Positions 35,364 to 43,464 of a DNA stretch of 46,371 bases are shown here, piece after piece (the stretch's first letter is position 1; the number at the start of each line of letters is the position of its first letter). The stretch comes from an uncultured bacterium. GTDB lineage: Bacteria > Cyanobacteriota > Vampirovibrionia > Gastranaerophilales > Gastranaerophilaceae. Below the pieces are notes generated by a model. It saw only the letters and a program-made list of their open reading frames with translations. It was not told the origin of the DNA and did not search any database. Location: the NCBI GenBank assembly GCA_902796825.1, contig CADBQQ010000053.1, positions 1-46,371 on the forward strand, written 5' to 3'. The position numbers and the translations under genes were made by a program.

Positions 35364-36035
35364 ATGACATTAAATATGAAGAAAGAACTTATATTTTTAG
35401 GGCCGCCGGCTTGCGGTAAAGGAACACAGACTTCAAAATTGGCAAAATATTTAGGGTTTCCTCATGTTGATACCGGTTCGTTACTAAGAGCCGAAATATC
35501 AGCAGGGACTGAAAACGGTAAAATTGCCAAATCGTTTATTGATAAAGGTAATCTTGTTCCGGTGTGGCTTGTTGGCGAAATAATTAAAAATCGTCTTGCT
35601 CAAGATGATTGTAAAAACGGATACATTCTTGACGGTTATCCGCGAAGTGTGGAACAAGCCGATTTGCTTCTAAAGATTAATGAAGAGATTGACGGTAATA
35701 ATTCTGCGGATTTCAGAGCGATATATTTTGATATTGATGAGAGTATTCTTATTTCTCGTATAGTAAATCGTCGTTCTTGTCCAAAATGCGGTGAAATATA
35801 CAACCTAAAATATAAACCGACAAAAGTTGAAGGTATTTGTGACCATTGCGGTGCAGAGCTTACACAACGCAAAGACGATAATGAAGAAACCGCAAAAGCG
35901 CGTTTTGATACATATTTTAACGAAACAGCGCCGCTGATTGATTATTACAAAAACAAAAACTCTTTAAGAACCATAAACGCAGACGGCTCAATTAATGAAG
36001 TTTGGGAAAGATTGTTAGAAGTTGTCAATGATTAA
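35364..36035 (+). CDS. adk: Adenylate kinase with a Cys4 zinc lid
   Basis: GPPACGKGTQ P-loop and lid CPKCGEIYN...CDHCG. The start may be ATG 35376 (MKKELIFLGPP). Confidence 0.93.
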   Translation: MTLNMKKELIFLGPPACGKGTQTSKLAKYLGFPHVDTGSLLRAEISAGTENGKIAKSFIDKGNLVPVWLVGEIIKNRLAQDDCKNGYILDGYPRSVEQADLLLKINEEIDGNNSADFRAIYFDIDESILISRIVNRRSCPKCGEIYNLKYKPTKVEGICDHCGAELTQRKDDNEETAKARFDTYFNETAPLIDYYKNKNSLRTINADGSINEVWERLLEVVND

Positions 36036-36049
36036 AAAATCGCTATAAT
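36022..36049 (+). promoter_or_regulatory. TTGTCA-N16-TATAAT promoter inside the adk 3' end; the fliI ATG lies 6 nt after the -10 (leaderless geometry)
   Basis: gTTGTCAatgattaaaaaatcgcTATAATaatattATG, with no SD. Confidence 0.55.
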
Positions 36050-36055
36050 AATATT

Positions 36056-37402
36056 ATGCAGGAACTTGATAAAAGCGAAATTGAAGATTTAAAGGTTCGT
36101 GTTCGTCAAAAACTTGACGAAACTCAGTTATATTCTTATAAAGGCTCTGTATCAAAACTTTTAGGGCTTACTGTAGAGGTTAAACTTCCGGGATTAAAAA
36201 TCGGAGATTTATGTTTTATTGAAACTTATGACGGCAGGCAAAAACCTGCTGAAGTTCAAGCTTTTAAAGGTGAAGTTGCGCAGTTATCTCTTTTATTAGA
36301 CGGTGAGGGAATTGGTCAGGGAAGTTTGGTGACTTCGACAGGACGTCCGATTATTATTCCTGTGGGAGATTTTTTGCTCGGCAGGTTAATTGACCCAATG
36401 GGAAACCCTCTTGACGGAAAACCTTTAGATACGTCAAATGCGCAATGGCGCCCGATTGAGGGGCCTCCTCCGGGACCTTTTGAAAGACCGATTATTACCG
36501 AACAATTTTCAACTGGTGTTCGAGCAATTGATGGATGTATGACAATGGGATGCGGACAGCGTTTGGGTTTATTTGCAGGCTCAGGTGTCGGTAAAAGTAC
36601 ATTGCTCGGTATGATTGCAAGAAATTCAGATGCAGATGTAAACGTAGTAGCTTTAATCGGAGAACGTGGCAGAGAGGTTAAGGAATTTATTGAAGATGCT
36701 CTTGGTCCTGAGGGTATGGAACGCTCTGTTCTTGTGTGTTCAACGGGCGACAAGCCGCCGTTAATCCGCCAGAAATGTCTGCTTGCCGCAACAGCGGTCT
36801 GTGAATATTTTAGAGATCAGGGCAAAAAAGTTTTCTTGATGACTGATACCGTAACGCGTTGTGCTATGGCAGGACGTGAAGTAGGGCTATCTCTTGGAGA
36901 ACCGCCTACAATGAAAGGTTATCCGCCATCAATTTTCTCATGGCTCCAAAAAGCATTAGAACGTGCCGGTAACAGCGAAAAAGGCTCAATTACCGCACTA
37001 TATACAGTGCTTATGGAGGGAGATGATATCACTGACCCGATTGTAGATATTGTGCGCGGTATTGTAGATGGACACATTTTCTTATCAAGAAAAGTTGCAG
37101 AATCAAACCATTATCCTGCAATTGATGTGTTGGGAAGCATTTCCCGTTTAATGAGCGCAATTGCAAGCCCTGAGCATAAGCAAGCTGCTGCAAAATTAAG
37201 AACAATTATGTCTTTATACCGAGAAAATAAGGACCTTATTGATGTTGGTATGTATCAACCTGGGTCTAACCCTCGTCTTGACACTGCAATCGAGATGATG
37301 CCGAAAGTTAACGCATTTTTACAGCAAAGAACTGACGAAAGTGTAACAATGGAAGGCACTATCGGCGAACTTGTCAATATGATGGAAGGTGTTGAAATTT
37401 AG
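36056..37402 (+). CDS. fliI: Flagellum-specific (type III secretion) ATPase FliI
   Basis: Walker A GSGVGKSTLLGMIARN, Walker B FLMTDTVTRCAMA, F1-beta-like fold; 448 aa. Confidence 0.9.
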   Translation: MQELDKSEIEDLKVRVRQKLDETQLYSYKGSVSKLLGLTVEVKLPGLKIGDLCFIETYDGRQKPAEVQAFKGEVAQLSLLLDGEGIGQGSLVTSTGRPIIIPVGDFLLGRLIDPMGNPLDGKPLDTSNAQWRPIEGPPPGPFERPIITEQFSTGVRAIDGCMTMGCGQRLGLFAGSGVGKSTLLGMIARNSDADVNVVALIGERGREVKEFIEDALGPEGMERSVLVCSTGDKPPLIRQKCLLAATAVCEYFRDQGKKVFLMTDTVTRCAMAGREVGLSLGEPPTMKGYPPSIFSWLQKALERAGNSEKGSITALYTVLMEGDDITDPIVDIVRGIVDGHIFLSRKVAESNHYPAIDVLGSISRLMSAIASPEHKQAAAKLRTIMSLYRENKDLIDVGMYQPGSNPRLDTAIEMMPKVNAFLQQRTDESVTMEGTIGELVNMMEGVEI

Positions 37403-37403
37403 A

Positions 37404-38981
37404 TTACACTTTCGCTTTGGATTTGTCTGCAAGTTCAGAATCTACTCTTAAAAATACAGGATAGATTTCTTCTTTTGAAATTAATTTGCCTGTTTTTATA
37501 TTTGAAGTTGTTATATTTTCATATTTTGTTGACAAATCGTAAGACAACTGTTTTGCCATATCTGCTGCAATGTTTGGACAATATGGGTAGATTAATGAAG
37601 AAATTACACACATAATTTCCAAAACCGTTGCCAAAACTTGACCGCATTCAGTCATTTTTTCTTCTTTTGCAAGAGTCCAAGGAGCGTTGTCTGTTACGAA
37701 TTTGTTTGTCATATCGACAAGCGAGATTATTTCTTGAGCAGCTTCTTGAAGTTCAAAATGGTTAAAATGATTTTCAACAATCTTAACTGTTCCTAATGCA
37801 GTTTTTAATAGACTTTCGGCTTCTTTTGAACGATTGTTTAAAAATTCTTCTTTCACTTCTCCATCAAAATATTTTACAAGCATTGAAAGGCTTCTGTTCA
37901 ATAAATTACCCATACTGTTTGCAAGGTGTGCATTCACTTTTTCCTTAAAATCAATGTCTGAGTAATTCCCGTCACGACCGCAAGGAGCTGATGTTGCCAT
38001 ATAATATCTAAATGCATCAGGATATTTTAATTCAAAGTTTTCCAAAACAGAAGTTGGAGAAACAACGTTACCCAATGATTTTGACATTTTTGTTTCATCA
38101 ATAGTAATCCAGCCGTGAGCAAATATATGTTTTGGAAGCGGCAAATCTAATGCCATCAATATTGCAATCCAATATATACTGTGGAATTTTAGGATATCTT
38201 TACCTATGACATGTACATCGACAGGCCATAATGTATTAAACTGTTCGCTTGAACCATCAGGGTCATATCCTATTGCAGTAATATAATTTGATAATGCATC
38301 AATCCAAACATAAATAGATTGATTAGGATCATCAAGAACATCTATTCCCCATCCGACATTTTCTTTTGAACGAGAAACAGAAATATCTTGAATATCTTCT
38401 AGCTGATTTAAAACTTCATTTGCTCTGAATGCAGGAACAATAAAGTCAGGATGTTCTTTTATATGTTTAATAATTGCATCTTTATAAACCGATAATTTAA
38501 AGAAATAATTTTCTTCTTTAACTATATCCGGTTTTTTCAAGTGGTTAGGGCAGAGTCCGTCTTCTGTTAAATCTTTAGGGTTTAGAAAGCATTCGCAGCC
38601 CTGACAGTACCAGCCTTCATACTCATTTTTATATATATCGCCTTTGTCTTTCAATTTTTGAAATATTTTTTGGACAACTTTTTCGTGTTCTTTATCTGTT
38701 GTACGAATGAATTTATTATATTTAATATCCAAAGCTTTCCATGCATCTTTAAATTTTTGAGCATTCTCATCACACAATTGTTTTGGAGTTATACCGTTAG
38801 CTTGTGCTGTTTTTTGGATTTTGATTCCGTGTTCGTCAGTTCCTGTTAAGAAAAACATATTACCTGTTCTTAGAGAATAGTGTCTTGCAAGAATATCTGT
38901 TAATATTTTTTCATAAGCGTGGCCGATATGCGGTGCGCCATTTACATAATCAATCGCAGTAGTTAAATAATATTTATCCAT
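37404..38981 (-). CDS. metG: Methionine--tRNA ligase (short form)
   Basis: HIGH motif (PHIGHAYE), KMSKS (KMSKSLGN) and zinc knuckle CQGCECF...CPNH. Confidence 0.95.
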   Translation of the reverse strand: MDKYYLTTAIDYVNGAPHIGHAYEKILTDILARHYSLRTGNMFFLTGTDEHGIKIQKTAQANGITPKQLCDENAQKFKDAWKALDIKYNKFIRTTDKEHEKVVQKIFQKLKDKGDIYKNEYEGWYCQGCECFLNPKDLTEDGLCPNHLKKPDIVKEENYFFKLSVYKDAIIKHIKEHPDFIVPAFRANEVLNQLEDIQDISVSRSKENVGWGIDVLDDPNQSIYVWIDALSNYITAIGYDPDGSSEQFNTLWPVDVHVIGKDILKFHSIYWIAILMALDLPLPKHIFAHGWITIDETKMSKSLGNVVSPTSVLENFELKYPDAFRYYMATSAPCGRDGNYSDIDFKEKVNAHLANSMGNLLNRSLSMLVKYFDGEVKEEFLNNRSKEAESLLKTALGTVKIVENHFNHFELQEAAQEIISLVDMTNKFVTDNAPWTLAKEEKMTECGQVLATVLEIMCVISSLIYPYCPNIAADMAKQLSYDLSTKYENITTSNIKTGKLISKEEIYPVFLRVDSELADKSKAKV

Positions 38982-39132
38982 TTCAATTCCTTTTTTTAAA
39001 TTACTTGTAGAAAAATTTTATCATAAACAATTTTTTATATTAAGTAATAATTATAAAATATGTTATGTAACTAATTGTTTATTAAAATACAAAATTATTA
39101 GATTTTCAAAATTTTTATTGTATATTGTTGCT

Positions 39133-40557
39133 ATGCAAAATAAAACCCTGAATAATAAACGTACAAATATACAAGCCCCGATTGTAGAAGCTCTTAAAGC
39201 ATATTACAATAATCCGGCTTATCAATTTCATATACCGGGACATACGCGCGGATTAGGAACACTTCCGGATTTTCGTAATCTAATGGGGAAAAAAGCTCTT
39301 TCTCTTGATACAACAGATGAATTTGATAATCTTGGGACTTTGACACCTGCAACAGGTCCTATAAAAGAGGCACAAGAGTTGGCCGCGCAGGCTTTTGGAG
39401 CAAAAGAAACTTTCTTTTTGTTAAACGGTTCAACAATAGGTAACCTTGCTATTGCAATGGGATTAACTAAAAAAGGACAAAAGGTTATAGTTAACCGTAA
39501 TTGTCATCGTTCTATTTTGACAGGTTTAATAATTTCAGGCGCTGAACCTTTGTGGATTTTGCCTGAAAAGTTTGAAGATTGGGGTTTGTGGGGTAATATT
39601 AATCCTGAGTCTGTAGAAAAATTATTAAAAGAAAATGATGATGTTTCTATGGTTTGGATTACAAATCCTACCTATGAGGGCGTTGTTTCTGATGTAAAAT
39701 CAATTGCTTCTATCTGCAAAAAATATAATGTCCCTTTGATTGTAGATGAGGCTCATGGTTGTTTGTGGAATTTCAATGACAAGCTCCCTGAAACTTCATT
39801 AAAGTTGGGTGCGGATGTTGTGGTTCACTCTTTGCATAAAACAGGCGGTAGTATGAGCCAGTCATCAATGCTGCATATTAGTGAAAATTCAAAAATCAAT
39901 GCTGATGATGTTGAACGTGCTTTAATGCTCTTACATACAACAAGTCCGTCTTTAATTTTACTTGGCAGTCTGGATGCTGCAAGAGCAAATTTGCAAAGTG
40001 TGAGAGGACAAAAACAGTTAAGTCAGGCGATTAATAATGCAAAATATTTACGTGCAGAAGTTGACAAGATGGAGCATATTCATCAATTAAAATCTGATTT
40101 TGGTTATAAAACAGATGTTACTAAGATTTTTATAAAAGCAGACGGACTTTCGGGAAAAAGATTAGAATCTATTTTGGAAATAGATTTTGGTATAGAAGTT
40201 GAAAGTGCATCTGATGCAGGTATTTTGATTTTGAGTAATATCGGTAATAAACGCAGTGATTTTGAATATCTGGCCGAATGTTTGCACAAAATTGATATTC
40301 ACGATTATAAAGATATTTATTACCTTGAGAATAAAAAACACATGCCTATGTTAACTCCTATTATTAAAAAAAGTTTGCGGGAAGCTTATTTTTCGGAAAA
40401 AGAGGTTGTTCCAAAATCTGAAGCAGTCGGAAGATTATCGGGAGAAGTCGTTGCAGAATGCCCTCCTGGAATTTCTATTTTGCTTCCGGGAGAACTTATA
40501 ACAGAAGCGCATTTACCTTATCTGGCAGATTATAATTTTATAGAAGTTATTAAATAA
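39133..40557 (+). CDS. PLP-dependent Orn/Lys/Arg decarboxylase family protein
   Basis: HIPGHTRG and HSLHKTGGSMSQSS (PLP lysine). I chose ATG 39133 as the start because TATATT sits 6 nt upstream; the track uses TTG 39118. Confidence 0.82.
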   Translation: MQNKTLNNKRTNIQAPIVEALKAYYNNPAYQFHIPGHTRGLGTLPDFRNLMGKKALSLDTTDEFDNLGTLTPATGPIKEAQELAAQAFGAKETFFLLNGSTIGNLAIAMGLTKKGQKVIVNRNCHRSILTGLIISGAEPLWILPEKFEDWGLWGNINPESVEKLLKENDDVSMVWITNPTYEGVVSDVKSIASICKKYNVPLIVDEAHGCLWNFNDKLPETSLKLGADVVVHSLHKTGGSMSQSSMLHISENSKINADDVERALMLLHTTSPSLILLGSLDAARANLQSVRGQKQLSQAINNAKYLRAEVDKMEHIHQLKSDFGYKTDVTKIFIKADGLSGKRLESILEIDFGIEVESASDAGILILSNIGNKRSDFEYLAECLHKIDIHDYKDIYYLENKKHMPMLTPIIKKSLREAYFSEKEVVPKSEAVGRLSGEVVAECPPGISILLPGELITEAHLPYLADYNFIEVIK

Positions 40558-41329
40558 TACTTGCAAATTGAATAAAATATTCTTCAATTACATTCATAAT
40601 CATAGGTAAAATCCATATTAAAATTGCCGCACCTAAAACAGGTTTAAAAAGAAAGCTTAATTGGAAAACGTTTACTTGAGGTGCGGTTCTTGAAATTACA
40701 CCTAAAATTATGTCCTGCCCCAGTGTAGCAAGAAGAACAGGAGATGCGATTTGAAGCCCCATATACAAAGTATTTGAGGATAATTTTATAAGTAAGTCCA
40801 TTTTAACAAGATTGGCAAGCGGTATGTGTGATGCGTAAATCGGAAAAATTTCGCAGCTTTTTAAAAGAGCGTTAAACATCCAGTAAACTCCGCCCACACT
40901 GATAAAAATTAAAATTCCTAAAATCGCCATTATGTTTGTCAAAATCGAAACTTGCGAAGATGATGTCGGGTCAAGCACTGTAGCAGATGTTAAACCCATC
41001 TGCATATTTATCATTTCCGCCCCGCACTCAACCGCAATTGTAATAAGGCGCGCCATATAACCAATCATTGCACCTACTGCAATATTTAATAAAATTGATA
41101 GTGCAAATGAATCGCATTGCATGACTTTTTCAGGGCTTAAAAACGGAAGCATAAACACTGAAATAATTATAGCCAGAGGGATTTTAACAAGAGCAGGAAT
41201 GTCTTTTCTGTTGAATATCGGTGCCATTCTAAAAAATCCTAAAAGGCGTGCAAAAATTAACGTACCGGCCATTAAGTACATATTCATTTGCGGAAATATT
41301 TTCATTAACTCGCTAAGAATTTGGTCCAT
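40550..41329 (-). CDS. fliR: Flagellar export apparatus protein FliR
   Basis: Polytopic membrane protein of 259 aa, located directly after fliQ, with a FliR-like N-terminus. Its 3' end overlaps the convergent decarboxylase gene by 8 bp. Confidence 0.82.
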   Translation of the reverse strand: MDQILSELMKIFPQMNMYLMAGTLIFARLLGFFRMAPIFNRKDIPALVKIPLAIIISVFMLPFLSPEKVMQCDSFALSILLNIAVGAMIGYMARLITIAVECGAEMINMQMGLTSATVLDPTSSSQVSILTNIMAILGILIFISVGGVYWMFNALLKSCEIFPIYASHIPLANLVKMDLLIKLSSNTLYMGLQIASPVLLATLGQDIILGVISRTAPQVNVFQLSFLFKPVLGAAILIWILPMIMNVIEEYFIQFASII

Positions 41330-41332
41330 TTA

Positions 41333-41821
41333 TTACCGTCCAAGAATTTTTTTCGTTTCAACAAGATCAGGCTTAGGCATAGGAGTTTTTGGGGCGGCAG
41401 TATATTTTTCTCTTTGATATTTATCTATATATGGAGCTTTCCCGGGATGTTTCATTATGTATTCAATGTCATCCCTGCTTTTGAATTTATCTTTCATCTC
41501 ATCTGCAAACGGAGTTGTATACTTGTGATAATTAGCATCAAGTACAAAATTTTCGCTCTGAGGAACAGCTGTAAAAGCCAAAACAACTCCCTCTTGGAAT
41601 AGATTTGTTAAAAGTCTTGTAAAGCCGACACCGCCAATTATTATTACAAGGAAAACTCCGAGAATTTTAGGTGCTGCCGCAATAGTTTGTTCTTGAACCT
41701 GCGTAACAGCCTGCAAAATTCCGACTACAAGACCAATACCTGCTGCTACAAGTACGCAAGGCATTGAAATGGTAAGCATTACCAGAAATCCTCTAGCCAT
41801 ATATTCCATCAACATTTCCAT
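41333..41821 (-). CDS. fliQ: Flagellar export apparatus protein FliQ with a ~70-aa hydrophilic C-terminal extension
   Basis: The first ~90 aa match FliQ (GILQAVTQVQEQTIAAAPKILGVFL). The ORF then continues for 72 more residues (SENFVLDANYHKY...KKILGR). GAGGTG SD. Confidence 0.85.
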   Translation of the reverse strand: MEMLMEYMARGFLVMLTISMPCVLVAAGIGLVVGILQAVTQVQEQTIAAAPKILGVFLVIIIGGVGFTRLLTNLFQEGVVLAFTAVPQSENFVLDANYHKYTTPFADEMKDKFKSRDDIEYIMKHPGKAPYIDKYQREKYTAAPKTPMPKPDLVETKKILGR

Positions 41822-41833
41822 TTCAATTCACCT

Positions 41834-42472
41834 CTAATTGTAACTTGATACAAGCCCCTGTACTATTAATGCCCAACCGTCAACCGCAATAAATATAAGC
41901 AATTTGAACGGCATAGAAATAATTGTCGGAGATAACATAAACATGCCGAGTGCTAACAAAATATTTGCAACGACCAAATCCAATATAATAAATGGTACAA
42001 ATATTATAAATCCGATTTCAAAGGATGTTTTTAGTTCACTGATAATATATGCCGGAGCTACATCCCATACTGACAAATCATCCGGTGATGATGGTTTAGT
42101 TTTATGAGTCATACTGACAAAGAATTCTAAATCTCCTTGCCGGGTTTGTTTCAGCATAAATTCTTTTAGCGGTTTTGCGCCTTCTGTCAATGCCGCGACA
42201 ACATCATGATTTTTGTTATACGGTACAGAACCCATATCGTACATTTTTTGGAAAGTTCCGCCCATTGTATAAAAAGTCAAAATCATAGACAAACCTATAA
42301 TTACAATAGCAGGAGGTACTTGTTGAGTTCCCATTGCAGTTTTTAACATTGAAAATACAACGACAAACCTCAAAAAACTTGTCATTGAGCAAAAAACAAA
42401 CGGTAACAATGAAAACATTGTTATCATTACAAGCATTTGTATTATAGGGTTTAGAGTCTGTACTTGATCCAT
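41834..42472 (-). CDS. fliP: Flagellar export apparatus protein FliP
   Basis: TSFLRFVVVFSMLKTAMGTQQVPP and PFKLLIFIAVDGW are typical FliP segments. Confidence 0.92.
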   Translation of the reverse strand: MDQVQTLNPIIQMLVMITMFSLLPFVFCSMTSFLRFVVVFSMLKTAMGTQQVPPAIVIIGLSMILTFYTMGGTFQKMYDMGSVPYNKNHDVVAALTEGAKPLKEFMLKQTRQGDLEFFVSMTHKTKPSSPDDLSVWDVAPAYIISELKTSFEIGFIIFVPFIILDLVVANILLALGMFMLSPTIISMPFKLLIFIAVDGWALIVQGLVSSYN

Positions 42473-42485
42473 TATAAGTTATCCT

Positions 42486-42995
42486 TTATAGTTCATTGAT
42501 TTTCATTGCCATTTCTTTCATTGTGGAAAATCCATGTTCAACTGATTTATTTACATCCAAATTCACCATTTTACCGGTACTCATTCCTTTTGAAATATTT
42601 TTTCTTCTTAATCTTGGTGATTGCGGATTATTACTATTTATTAGTTCAAGATGAACTTCTTTTTTAGGGTATATTGTGTCTAAATTTTCGTTTTCAACGG
42701 ATGTAAAATACGGTTTATCAACAAATTTTGAATTGTTCGTTTTTCCATTTTCAAGTTTTGATATTAAAGAAGTTCTGTCCATATCAGAAGCGATAAGAAA
42801 GCGTTCGGCTCCTGCTCGAACAACCATGAGTGATTTGCGCGGATTAACACTCATAGTTTCTTCTATTTCAAGAAATTTTGAAGCTTTAGAGCTGAAACTG
42901 CCACTCATAACTTTTTTGTATACAAATAATGCAAAGCAGATTAAACCTGACATTGCAAGCGTATAAACCGTAAAATTCATTATGTAATGACCCAT
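42486..42995 (-). CDS. fliO: FliO-like flagellar protein
   Basis: Single N-terminal TM followed by LEIEETMSVNPRKSLMVVRAGAERFLIAS, which is the FliO pattern, and a position upstream of fliP. It is longer than usual at its C-terminus. Confidence 0.62.
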   Translation of the reverse strand: MGHYIMNFTVYTLAMSGLICFALFVYKKVMSGSFSSKASKFLEIEETMSVNPRKSLMVVRAGAERFLIASDMDRTSLISKLENGKTNNSKFVDKPYFTSVENENLDTIYPKKEVHLELINSNNPQSPRLRRKNISKGMSTGKMVNLDVNKSVEHGFSTMKEMAMKINEL

Positions 42996-43035
42996 ATTTT
43001 GTCTCCCTCAAGTCTTATTATTTTAGTAATTTGAA

Positions 43036-43464
43036 TTATATATTGTCATCATCTAATTCAAAATCACTGTAGTCAAAATCTTCGCCGTTTTCAGACTCCT
43101 CTTTGTCGAAGTCTTCTTCATCTTCAATTTCGTCATCATATTCTTCATCGTATTCTTCGCCTTCTTCCTCCTGCGGCAAATCTTCTTCGGTATTTTCACT
43201 ATATTCTTCTGAATGTTCTTCACTTTGTTGAGCAATGACATTATTGATTCTCACACCGTATCTGTCATTAACTATTACAAGTGAACCTGTTGCAACAGGT
43301 CTGCCTTCAACTTTCAATGTTACGTTATTGTCATAAAGTGAAGCTAAATCAATAACGAGTCCGTTTTCAATGTCTTTTAATTCTCCGAGCGTAATTTTAA
43401 CAGAATCAAGTTCTGCTTTCATTTCCACTTCAATGTTATCCCATATATTTTGATGATCACCCAT
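43036..43464 (-). CDS. Possible internally initiated 142-aa FliN-sized product (second SpoA domain plus acidic tail)
   Basis: In-frame ATG 43464 is preceded by AAGGAG (43478-43473) with an 8-nt spacer. Confidence 0.3.
   Translation of the reverse strand: MGDHQNIWDNIEVEMKAELDSVKITLGELKDIENGLVIDLASLYDNNVTLKVEGRPVATGSLVIVNDRYGVRINNVIAQQSEEHSEEYSENTEEDLPQEEEGEEYDEEYDDEIEDEEDFDKEESENGEDFDYSDFELDDDNI

Noticed and set aside
39118-39132. TTG 39118 as the start of the decarboxylase
   Set aside because: ATG 39133 has a -10-like TATATT exactly 6 nt upstream, matching the leaderless pattern seen elsewhere. Neither start has an SD, so this remains uncertain.
43053-43241. 62-aa K-rich ORF in an alternative frame of the acidic tail region
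   Set aside because: It is a frame artefact of GAA/GAT-rich DNA (the poly-D/E tail read out of frame) and has no independent start signals.
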